Below the pieces are notes generated by a model. The model made no database searches, was not told the DNA's origin, and saw only the letters and a list, made by a program, of their open reading frames with translations. Below, piece by piece: positions 40,610 through 50,572 of a DNA stretch of 64,000 nt (position 1 is its first letter; each line of letters opens with the position of its first letter). Location: IMG/VR virus record IMGVR_UViG_3300030004_000003, positions 2,893 through 66,892 of that record. One strand, written 5' to 3'. This stretch comes from a virus. Position numbers and translations under genes: made by a program.

Positions 40610-42950
40610 TTTTTTTGATAAGAGCGGTGTGATCGTCGAATCCGGACCCCTTAACCCATGCGATTTTTCCTCTCGTGCTGCGTGGGAGAAGGATGATGCG
40701 CTCTGGTGAGATGAGCTTTTTTATCAGTGCTTTCTGTGCCGGGCTTGCCTTTGGGATAAAAAATGTCCCGGTTGGTTTCATGGGCTGATCGCACCAATCA
40801 GAGATCTCACTCATGGTTTTTGCGTGAAGGGAATATAGGGTTTATCACAGCAGCAGCCTGGGGCGTCTCGGTATGCTGATCCGCACCCGCAGAGGCCAAG
40901 TTTTAGCCATTCGGTGTAAGTCATAATAATAGGATTTCCCTTATTCTCTTCATTGAATTTTCGGAGCTTCGCCTGATGCTCTATATGTTTTTCAAGTTCG
41001 GTGCTCATGCCTTTGGTGTGGATGGGAAAAAGTGCTCACCGAGGTGATAGACTCCCTCGATGAACATCTCGCCGAAATGGCGGTATCCGACCATGCCGAG
41101 CGGGATAGCTGTGGTGACCAAGGTGGCACCGAGGAAGAGGAGTTTATTATCTCCCTTGGGTGGTAGCACCACGGTATCCACGGCAACAGTGACGGCGCGG
41201 GGCTTGGATTTTGTGTGTCGGGGTTTTCGAGGGGTGGTTGTTTTCATTTTTGATGGGGCTGATTGGCGAGATGGGTCTCGGCTAGGGAAATCTCATCCAT
41301 GGCCCTGTTAAGAGCCTCGCGTGTTTTGGGATCGAGATTGCGCGCCTGATCGGTGATGGAGGAAATAGCTTCCTTTGCTCTGTCGATCTGGTGGTTCGCG
41401 GCAATTCGATCTAGTCTGGATATGGGTATCATTGTTCGGGCGGGTAGTAGCAGAAGCCGGTGCGGATGGCGGCGAGCTCGGGGTAGTATTTCCAGCACTT
41501 ACCTTCGGCGATAATGAAGTGAGTGGCGGCGATGGTGTCTGGAGACGCGCCGTTGTATTTGGCGACCTCGCCTTCCATCCAGCTTACGATCTCGGGATGG
41601 AGCGGGAGCTTTCCATCTGCGATCGCCTCGCTAAGGGCGTCTTTTACGGAAAAAGGTATCGCAACCTCAGTGATCTCCTTTGGAGCCTCTCCGGCCAATC
41701 TTGGAGCCGGATCATTGCTTAGAATAGATCGTTCCAGATCTCGGCTGATCGCCTCTGGAGATTTATTGGTCTTGCCGGTGAGTTCATCCAGGATGATTCC
41801 GGATTCGAGTTCGGCGGGGGATTGCTCGGGAGGGTGTTCGTCGTTGGGCATGGAGGGCGGTGGCGTCCATCCTAGCGCGATGAGGGCGTTTCTAACAGCC
41901 TGATCCTTGGCGGTGCAATAGTGTTTCATGAACTTCTCTCCTGCTCGTCCTTCGAGGATCTCAATCTCGCCCTTTTCGCGGTCGATTGTTGTGTGGAAGA
42001 TGATTTTTGGGAGGAAGGGTGTTTGGGGTTGGTTCATGAGTGAGTGAAGGTGGTGGTCTTCTTTTTAGTTTCGTATGCGATTCCGGAGCACATCAGCAGT
42101 ATCTGAGCGCCGAGTTTTTTATCTGCCTTGTTCTTGCCATTCAGGGCCATTTCCTTTGCTTGAAGCACTAGGTCTCCCCAAGCTCCGTGACGCTCTGAAA
42201 AGGAGGGAATTTGATCACAGGCGCGCCGTGCCGTTTGTTCGACGCTGGTGCGATCTTCGATAAAATCGTCGATGGAGAACGAGTTCATTTCAAAGATAGG
42301 GGAATAAGGCGTAAGAGATTCGATTTAAGGAATCTGAAATCCATCATCATCCAAGTTCCCATCTGGGAAAGCCCAAGTTCCCTCGCAATCGATTCGAAGA
42401 TAGCGGAGACCTTGTTCTTTCATGGCGCGATGGAGGGATATGAAATACTCGCTGAATCCCGCTACTTTGAGTTCCTTGATGAAATTTTCAAACTCTTCAT
42501 CCTCATGCTTTTGATAAATCAGGTATCCGTATTCGGATCTAAAGAGGCAATTTCCTTCTTCTTTATCAAGGAGGAGGGCGTCATTTTTGGTGATGTCTCC
42601 CGTGGAACATTCTCCGATCGTGTCGATTTGGGCGATGGTGGCTTTCATGATCGAGCACTCCATATTGTTCCTTCGTCTTCTGTGGTAATGGATCCATCGG
42701 GGTGGATGTCGCACGCGGCAACCCATTCTTCGAGTTCAAAATTCAGTTCATCGAACTGGCGATCTCCATCGAGAAACTCTTGCAAATGGGCAATGTGATC
42801 GGTGATCAATGCAAGCTGCGCTTCCTTCTCGGTGTCAAAGGTTCTGGGGATGGATTTCTTCCCTTGAAGACTCATCCAAGAGGATTTTACACCTCTCTCG
42901 GTGCGTTCAAGAATGATCCAAGTGTGGATCACGGGTCTTTCTGGATTCAT
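40584..42950 (-). CDS. Coupled small minus-strand ORFs (42645-42950, 42325-42648, 42034-42288, 41429-42037, 41244-41432, 41005-41247, 40811-41008, 40584-40814)
   Basis: ATGA overlaps on the minus strand. Confidence 0.55.
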
Positions 42951-42989
42951 TGTGTGTTGAGGGTTGGCAGAATAGGGGCGAATTATTTT

Positions 42990-43670
42990 TTAGTTTTCGA
43001 TGGTCAGCAAGATGGTGCCAATGCCGGTGCCTTCGGATTGGAATTCCCCGGCCGGGATGGTCTCCCAGTGCGAGGAGAGGGGTTTGAGTTGCTCAAGCCG
43101 GTGGCGGGTGTCCATGCAGAGGGCTGCCAGGCGTCCACCTGGGCGGAGGAACTTGCGGGCATGGAGGATGTGGGCAATGTCGCTGCGCATGTGGAACGGG
43201 GGGTTCATGGCGATACAATCAAAGGTTTCAATGTCATCCTGGCTCATCGTTAGAAAGTTGCGCTGTTTAATGATGACGCCAGTGCGGTTCTGAACAAAGA
43301 GTTCCCCGGCGCACCGTGGTGCGATTTCGACCGCAGTGACTTCCGATGGCTTGTAGGGTGCGATGGCATCGAGAATCCGGCCAAGGCCCGCTGACGGCTC
43401 CAGAATACGCTCTCCGCCTGCGAGTCCGAGAAGGGCAACAAGTCGTGCGGCCAGTGAGATGGGCGTCTGGAAAAGCTGATAGGTGGAAACTGCCCTGGGG
43501 GCGGTGCCGTTCTCATGCCGGTTCCGGATCGTGTCGAAGCGACCGCGCAACTCCTCCTGCTCGTAACGGGCGGCGTCATTCTCCATCCGGAGTTCATGGA
43601 GGCGATGGAAAGGCGCGTCGAAGTGCGGCTTATTCATGATAGGCGAAGGCCGATCGTCGGTGATGATCAT
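42990..43670 (-). CDS. Adenine-type DNA methyltransferase
   Basis: QLFQTP, ILEPSAGLG (motif I), MNPPF (motif IV). Confidence 0.85.
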   Translation of the reverse strand: MIITDDRPSPIMNKPHFDAPFHRLHELRMENDAARYEQEELRGRFDTIRNRHENGTAPRAVSTYQLFQTPISLAARLVALLGLAGGERILEPSAGLGRILDAIAPYKPSEVTAVEIAPRCAGELFVQNRTGVIIKQRNFLTMSQDDIETFDCIAMNPPFHMRSDIAHILHARKFLRPGGRLAALCMDTRHRLEQLKPLSSHWETIPAGEFQSEGTGIGTILLTIEN

Positions 43671-45310
43671 GCGGTGACGAGTTGAAGTGATGGTGTTTTG
43701 ACCGCATCCCAGACGGCGGAGTGGAGTGGCTTTTGAGGCTTGTCGGTGAGGATGATGACGCGGGAGGGAACATGGTAGTGTCCATCGCCGCCGTCTCCAC
43801 GGGTTCGGCGGACTTGGCAGACTTCTTGGCCATACTTGCTGCGGCCTTTATCGAGGGAGGTGTAGTGTAGTCCGCACTCATGTCCTCCTGGGAAGACTTG
43901 CCGGGTTCCTGCTGCACAATAAGAGCCTTTGGAGTTGGCGGAATAGGTCGCCTGGGTGGTTCGCAGGATGGTGGAAGGTTTGAATTCTCCGTCGCATCTT
44001 CCATGTCGCCGAATTTCACTTTCTTCCCATTCCTCTTTTTCGTGGGAATTCCAGAGAGACTGGAGGCGTTGGGCGTCCTCGTCGGTCGGGTTGATGAGAG
44101 GAATGGTTTCCGCTTTGGGTGCGGCGGCTTTTGCGGCTTTCCGCTTGGCAAGGAACTCGGCGAGTTCCTCCTCAGTCGGCGGCCGATAGACATCGGCCGC
44201 CAGGCGCTCGACTTCGATGGTATGGGAAAGAATCCTGCCGATGCCGTCGGGGAAGGGATTTCCATAGTGGTTGGTGAAGGATGGCTTGTTATCCTGCACG
44301 AGCACGGAGACAACGCGTCCGGTTTTGCTCGACTTATTGACCTTCTGGATCTGGCGACTTCCCAGGAATCCTCCCGGGATCATCTCCAGATTACCGGCGC
44401 GGCCGCCTTGGGCTTCGAGCATCTGATTCTCGTAGGCGATCCTCAATTTAAGATGGCGGATCGTGGTTGAAATACTGGTTGTTTCCCAGCCTTCGGAATC
44501 TGGCGCGTGATGCGTGCTCAAATAGTGGGCGGCATAGTCGGCGAGGGAAGGCGGGTTTTCTCCCTTTTGATGCTCAAAGTAGTAGGCGTGGGGAGCTTCG
44601 GGGTTACACGGATGGGCGTGTTTTCCATAACCAGCGATGATGTCGATGAGGTCTTTCTTGGCGCGATTTGCGTCTCCTCCGTAGGCGCGTGTGGCTGCGA
44701 TGGCCGTGATAGCTCCTTCGGGATCTGCTGCAATTTCCTGCACTCTGAGAAAATGAGAAGCGTATTGCTCCTGGGTCTTTTCGGCTGCCCGCAGATCGGA
44801 TTCCAGAACCTTGATGCGGCCCATGCGGACATCGGGTCGGGATTTGTAGAGGGCGTGGCTGATGACGGCCGCTGTACGGCGCGTCCAGTATTCGGCCTTG
44901 TCCCAAGCGTCGGTGGCGCGGGTTCCAATTCGGTCATGACGGGCCGCCGCTTTCTCTGCGCGCTTCTCGCTCTGGAAGCCGTGAGCGGTCGGTTGGCTTT
45001 CGTAGCGATCAGCGTGACCGATTGCCTCGTCCTGCCGCTTGTCGCGGTATCCTGCGAAGCGCTCGGCACGATCGGCGGCGCGTTCCTCCGGACCCATGTC
45101 CTCATCGTAGATAATGTCGGAGTAGGTCAGAGCGGTGTTCCTTCGTTCTGGTGTCCAAGTTGCGACAAAATCACCTCCTCCAGCTTCGCGTTGCTTGAAG
45201 AGGGCTTTCCATCCTTGGGATTTGAGTTTGAGGTACTCGTCGCGAGGAACCCGACCGATGTAGAGCCGGAGCTTATTATCCTCGGGTGAATAGGTGGCGT
45301 ATTGTTCCAT
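43667..45310 (-). CDS. DUF3560-like protein (plasmid leading-region type)
   Basis: ATYSPEDNKLRLY..ERAADRAERF..KAEYWTRR..RIKVLESDLR pattern; coupled to the methyltransferase. Confidence 0.7.
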   Translation of the reverse strand: MEQYATYSPEDNKLRLYIGRVPRDEYLKLKSQGWKALFKQREAGGGDFVATWTPERRNTALTYSDIIYDEDMGPEERAADRAERFAGYRDKRQDEAIGHADRYESQPTAHGFQSEKRAEKAAARHDRIGTRATDAWDKAEYWTRRTAAVISHALYKSRPDVRMGRIKVLESDLRAAEKTQEQYASHFLRVQEIAADPEGAITAIAATRAYGGDANRAKKDLIDIIAGYGKHAHPCNPEAPHAYYFEHQKGENPPSLADYAAHYLSTHHAPDSEGWETTSISTTIRHLKLRIAYENQMLEAQGGRAGNLEMIPGGFLGSRQIQKVNKSSKTGRVVSVLVQDNKPSFTNHYGNPFPDGIGRILSHTIEVERLAADVYRPPTEEELAEFLAKRKAAKAAAPKAETIPLINPTDEDAQRLQSLWNSHEKEEWEESEIRRHGRCDGEFKPSTILRTTQATYSANSKGSYCAAGTRQVFPGGHECGLHYTSLDKGRSKYGQEVCQVRRTRGDGGDGHYHVPSRVIILTDKPQKPLHSAVWDAVKTPSLQLVTA

Positions 45311-45683
45311 AAAGTGGGAAGGTAAAATGTGGGAAAGTGGAAAGGTCGAAGGTCAAAAGACGATGGACGAAGGGGTGTTAATCTTTGGCTTCCGGGAGCG
45401 CGTCGAAGCGCTTCCGGGATTTGATGGGTTGGGTGGTGATGCGGTCGAGGTGATCGCCGTCGAGGGTGAGGTGGCAGCCGAGCTTGTTGGCTCGTGCTGT
45501 GATCTGGCGCACCGGGAAGGATTCATTGATCGGCTTCACGGGAATGTGCAGGTAGCACGGAATGACGCGGTACTTGATGGGCATAAAAGGTGCGTGGGAA
45601 CGCGGCTTAGTCATTCTCGCCACGGGCGAGAAGTCCGAGCGTCAACAGATGATCGGATGACTGATCCGGGAGGATCGGCAGAC

Positions 45684-45706
45684 AAAAAAACCGCTCCGAA
45701 GAGCGG
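45684..45706 (-). terminator. Intrinsic terminator with cUUCGg loop
   Basis: Minus strand CCGCTC-TTCG-GAGCGG-TTTTTTT. Confidence 0.8.
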
Positions 45707-45736
45707 CTGTAAAAGGGGGTAGGGTGAAAGGTGGCG

Positions 45737-48489
45737 TTAGAGAGTCATGGGGATGAGTGGGGTGATGCTGACTTCTTCCATCACGGTGTCGCCTTCCAGG
45801 TCTTCTGTGAGGCGGTTGAGCAACAGAATGTGATTGTCCTTCACTTCGACGGTTTGATTGAGTCGTTCATCAAAGTCGTAAATCAGGTTGGATTCCGTGT
45901 GGTCGGGATCGTCTGGATCTGGCGTCACCACATTCAGAAAAACATGCCCGTCCTCGCCGGTCTCGTTTTCGGTATGGTGATAACGGACATAAGTTCCATC
46001 GACTTCGACGGCTGCTGCGCCAAAAAGGATCTCGATGGCGGCGGAGAGGGTGATGGTTTTCATGGTCTTACAATTTCGAGGCTGGGATGAGTGAACAGTC
46101 GGTGCATTTGTTGTCCTTGTGGAGCTGTTCGTCGGATTTTCCGCAGTCGATGCACTCGACTCCGTGTGCAAGGTAACTGTTGATGGCTGTGGTGAGTTCA
46201 ATGCTGGCCTCGTCGGAGAGGTCGAGTTCCGACAGGATGGATTCCCTCATGGAGTCGTCATCAAGTGCAACGCGCGCAATCTCGGCAAGCTGTACGGACT
46301 GCTCGTCGTTGAAGGGTGAGTGGGCGAAGCCGTCGGATTTCTGTTCTGCGGTGACGCTGGCTCTCTCGATGATTTCTAAAATAGCTTCACAGTCTTCGGA
46401 TGGGATATTTTCGCTCTCGCCTATGTAGTCCTCGATCTCATCGAGGGCGGTTCTGGAAAACCCAGAGGCCGATGTGACGCTGGCGCTTTTAACGGTGCAG
46501 AACTGGTCGAGTTGATGAGAGAATCCCATGTCCTCAGCGGCCTCTAGGGCCCGCTGGATGGCATCCTCGGCGGCGGTTTTCAAATCTGCATCCGTGAAAG
46601 GCATTTGCTCTGGATCATCGGGCGTGATCTCGATCTCAACGGGAATGATGAATTTCATGGATGACGGGGTAAAAAGTGGGAAAGTAAAAGGTCAGACAAC
46701 AAATCGCTCGCCGTCCTCGGTGAATTCGTAGTCGTTGCACCTGATCGACTCGTCTATTTGTTCGTCGGCGTTATGGTATTCATACTCTTTTTCAAGGGTG
46801 CGATAGAGCCAGTCCATAAGATCCCAAAGGGCCTGTTGTGCCAGTTTGAATGCCGCCTCTTGGGCTGGCCACAAAGCTTCATTCTCCGCCAGATTGTTAT
46901 CTTCGTTATCAAAGCATCGCTCCTCCATATTCACGGATTTTGCGAAGTAGTATCGGTAGTTATGGGTGATCTCGATGCTTAGGAAGGGCTGATCTTTCGC
47001 AGCTTTTTCGATTGCCTCGGCGATCCGGTGGAGATCCTCATCGAGGGGTGCAAATTCCCTCAGTTTTCCGGGCTGGACGGCACTCGCTCTCCATGTCCCC
47101 TCAAAGCAGGCTCCATCTCCCTGAGACCAAAATCCGCTCCACCAGATGCTCGGTTCCTGTCGGGTTTTTCCGTTACCAAGCCGGACTGAGTGAAAGGCGA
47201 TGTCGATGCCTAGCAGTGGGGCGATCTGGCAGAGATCTTCAGTGACACTTTCGGAATAAAAGGTATCTCCCTCGCTGGATTTTCTCCACCAGTTCCGGGC
47301 GGTTTCCTTGGCGGCATCGGTGAGTTCATCAAACTCATAAACTTGGATTTCTACGGTTTTCATACGGGTTGTTCCTCCGGGGTGAACCAGCCGTGGTTTG
47401 CGGCTTCATAGACGCAGGGGGTGCCCTCAATGGTCTCGGTCAGTTCGTCCTCCAGGATGTCGAATTGCGTCAGATAGGTGATCAGGAGAGTCTCAAGCTG
47501 GTTGTGGTCCCAGTCGCGCACGGGCTTCTGCCAGAGCGGATCGTCCAGATCATTGGAGTAGAAGGAACAGAATCCGCTCCGGTGCGAGTGGCGGTCGAAT
47601 ATGACCGAGCGGAGGGTTTCCTCCTTGATGTTTTCAGCAATCCGTTCGATCTGCTCTACAGGGATCAGGACAAAGCAGATGTCAGTGGAAAAATTGTAAA
47701 ACTTCGGGCTTTTCAGACTCTCCAGTTCCATCGGAATGCCGGTTTCACTGGAGAAAGCGGAGACCCATCCTTTGGTGATGGCCTCGGCGGCAAGTAACCA
47801 GGAGAAGCGTTTATCGACATCGCTCCAGTCCTGGCCGGTGGATTCCATCTCAGACTCGATTTCCTGATCCATCAGGCCATCCAGATAGGAATTGTAGAAG
47901 CCTGGGAACCAAGGGAGGACAACGAGGAGCTTGTCGGGATCTTTAGAAAGGTTGCTCATGCCACTCCTCCTTCGCAGACGCTGATGGCTGATTTTTCGAG
48001 GGCGTTGTAAAATGCTTCGGTGCAAGCCTCTTCCCATGCGGTACAGATCTCCTCCTGAAGATCCTGAACATCTTCGTCTTCGAGTTCCGTTTCGGTGAAG
48101 AGTTTTGCCATTAGTGATTGTGGAGTTTCATCACCAGCCCATTCCCCGCTGAGATTAGGGAGTTTGAAGGCATCTATTACCACAGGATCGCCGTCGCGGT
48201 AGCCATCAAGAAATTTCCTCGCAGCTTCCTTTTCTCCACGGGTGGCGCGACCTCCCCAGAGATCCTGAATATGCCATTCGGCGGCATTGACTCCGGCGGT
48301 GATTCCGTCATTTCTGGCCAAAATAAGCACGTCATTGGTGCGCGACTCGATTTTGGACGCTACCCAGTCATCGTATCCCAGCCGGGTGTCGTCGTTGGCT
48401 ATTTCGTAGCGCCAGTCCAACTTTGGGAAGCTGGGATGCTCTTCAGTATCGGAGTAGTGAGGAATAGTGGGTGCGTCGGCGTAGCTCAT
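45737..48489 (-). CDS. Five acidic hypothetical ORFs (47956-48489, 47360-47959, 46692-47363, 46068-46658, 45737-46063)
   Basis: Asp/Glu-rich; 46692-47363 (VYEFDELTDAAKETARNW..GFWSQGDGACF..YEFTEDG) resembles a family common in plasmids and early phage regions. Confidence 0.6.
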
Positions 48490-49047
48490 GGTGTAGGGTG
48501 GTAGAGGGTGACGATTCGGACGGTTAGGGCCGTCAGGATGAATCCGAGCGCGCAAAGGAGTCGGATGAGGGCGTAGTGACGTTGAGTCATCGGATTTTCA
48601 CCAGTTGGCCCATCTGAATGCTCCAGTAGTGGGAGAGATGGCCTCTGAGGGAATCAAGGGTGCGCTGGTTGCCGAGCGGCTTTCCAAGGCGCATTCCGTG
48701 AATGTCTCGCCAATACCGGTGCTCCTCTTTCGGACGGCTGAAATGCAGTGTGCCGAGACACCCTAGTCGGGCGAGGCGGTAGAGACGGTGGAAGGTTTCC
48801 CGTGAAAGGTTCATGGGTGGGCAATAAGTCGGGGATTACTTCTTTGCTGATGAGTCAACGGCTCCGCTTTTTCCGTCTGAGAAACCTGGCGGCACGGCGT
48901 TCTAGTTTGATCTGGTAGTCGTCGCGATCTCCCCAGGGCTCACACTCCTCCTTGGCGGAGTCCATGAGGTGCAAGGAAGGGTTCTGAATGGGTCTGATGG
49001 ATGGCATATACATGGTAAAAAAATGTCGGATGGTTTGATCTAGGCAC

Positions 49048-49084
49048 AAAAAAGCCGGGAGGATTTTCACCCTCCCGGCTTTTT
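49048..49084. terminator. Bidirectional intrinsic terminator
   Basis: AAAAGCCGGGAGG-attttcac-CCTCCCGGCTTTTT. Confidence 0.85.
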
Positions 49085-49101
49085 CTTCTCCGGTGGAATT
49101 T

Positions 49102-49875
49102 TTAGGCTAGAGCGGTCATTGAATTTTTCAGGGAAGCGGACAGGGAAACGCTTTCCCCTATCTGGAGATATTCCCGGAGCGTTTGATATTGAACCCGGCG
49201 CGCTCCTTCCTCCAGTGGCTGCCTTGTGAGGATGGAAAGGGGATTTTTTCCGGCTGCGATATTTCGCACAATCTTTAGTTTCTCCTTCAGATTAAAGGAT
49301 GCTTTCCGGCTTTGATCGTGCTTCGCTGATTGAAAAATTGCGCTTCGAAGTGTGCGCAATTGATCGGCCAGGCGAAGCCGTTCCGCTTGCCTCTTCTCCT
49401 CGTGATCGTGTGGAATGATGAGCTTGTGAGGGTGGAACTGTTGCACTTCGTCCAGGTTGTTTTCTCGTGAAACATCATGGTTGCCGCCGTTCATTCTTAG
49501 AAGGTCGCGCACTGCTCGGAAAATCTGGGCGATTCCTTCAGGCTGCTTGTGAATGCCTTGCGCCACCATAGCAAAGACGGTTTGCGCTGCGTCCTGTTTG
49601 TCCTGAAGGGAAAGGACGCGCTCGGGTCTCTGGTTTAATGACCGCTTGCGCGTGAATTTGCTCGCCTGCTGCTTCCCCTCTGGGAATTCGATTCGATGGA
49701 TCACGGCGCTTGCCAGTCGAGCGCTTTCTTCGTCGGGCGCGTGAAGGTAGGAAGGGAGCGTTTCCGTGATTTCCTCCTCTTCTCTGTTTTTCAATCCGTC
49801 CACCTTGCGCTTTTTATGCGTCAAATTAGTGAATTGAATATGCGTTTTTACTGTGTTTGATTTAGTGCCTTTCAT
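49102..49875 (-). CDS. Basic protein, weakly sigma-factor-like
   Basis: QDKQDAAQTVFAMV..IFRAVRDLLR resembles sigma region 2; own promoter and terminator. Confidence 0.4.
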   Translation of the reverse strand: MKGTKSNTVKTHIQFTNLTHKKRKVDGLKNREEEEITETLPSYLHAPDEESARLASAVIHRIEFPEGKQQASKFTRKRSLNQRPERVLSLQDKQDAAQTVFAMVAQGIHKQPEGIAQIFRAVRDLLRMNGGNHDVSRENNLDEVQQFHPHKLIIPHDHEEKRQAERLRLADQLRTLRSAIFQSAKHDQSRKASFNLKEKLKIVRNIAAGKNPLSILTRQPLEEGARRVQYQTLREYLQIGESVSLSASLKNSMTALA

Positions 49876-49883
49876 AGGGTTAA

Positions 49884-49912
49884 AGACTAAGGTTTATCTC
49901 TCACTTTATCAA
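49884..49912 (-). promoter_or_regulatory. Sigma70-type promoter
   Basis: TTGATA-17 nt-TAGTCT, ATG 8 nt downstream of the -10 box. Confidence 0.7.
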
Positions 49913-49954
49913 GATCAAAAGATCATTATTCGATCACTTTCTCTCTATTATTAA

Positions 49955-50043
49955 GGGAATAACCCGTAAGAGATTCGACTCTTTCACTCTCTTTCATTCA
50001 ATAATTTTTCTCTATAGATAGGGGAATAACCCGTAAGAGATTC
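49955..50043. repeat. 22-bp direct repeat x2 (third near-copy at about 42294-42323)
   Basis: GGGAATAACCCGTAAGAGATTC at 49955 and 50022. Confidence 0.9.
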
Positions 50044-50302
50044 TCGGTCTAGCAACGTCTAACAATGCAATCTTACAAGCAAACAATAAACATACTTATA
50101 CATAATTATGTTTATGCGGTCGTCCGTTGTAATTAGGTGATCCTTTGATAAAACTAACCATGTTATTTTTATGCAGAGGAAGCTAAAGGGGAAGGCTGAA
50201 ATCTAAAGGAGGATCGGCCATCGGCGATCTGATTCAGCTTTCAGCTTTCAGGTTTCATCCCTTATCGAATTCATCGGTTCGGTTGACTCCTGCCGTGTGG
50301 GT

Positions 50303-50548
50303 ATGGCGAGCAACGAATGGATGGAAATCTACCGGTCTTACTCCGGGATTGAGTTGGCGAATGAAATAACTCTGCTGAAGAAGCAGGCCACGCTCTACAC
50401 CGCCCAGACGCTCGGGGACAAGTCGCACACCAAGGATCTCCAACTCGTCACGAACCGCCTCCACGCCGCCACGCGCGTTCGCAATGAGGTTCGCTTCCGG
50501 GGTGCTCCTAATTTCGCCGCCCCTGATTTCAGCAACGGCATCGGTTGA
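50303..50548 (+). CDS. Head completion protein (gpW-like position)
   Basis: 81 aa directly upstream of the portal; helix-hairpin-helix pattern. Confidence 0.6.
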   Translation: MASNEWMEIYRSYSGIELANEITLLKKQATLYTAQTLGDKSHTKDLQLVTNRLHAATRVRNEVRFRGAPNFAAPDFSNGIG

Positions 50549-50572
50549 GGCATCCGACCCCTTTTTGAGCTT

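Noticed and set aside
40584-50250. Independent integrated element or satellite
   Set aside because: No recombinase, replication gene or flanking direct repeats seen, and it contains a copy of the phage's TTGAC signal
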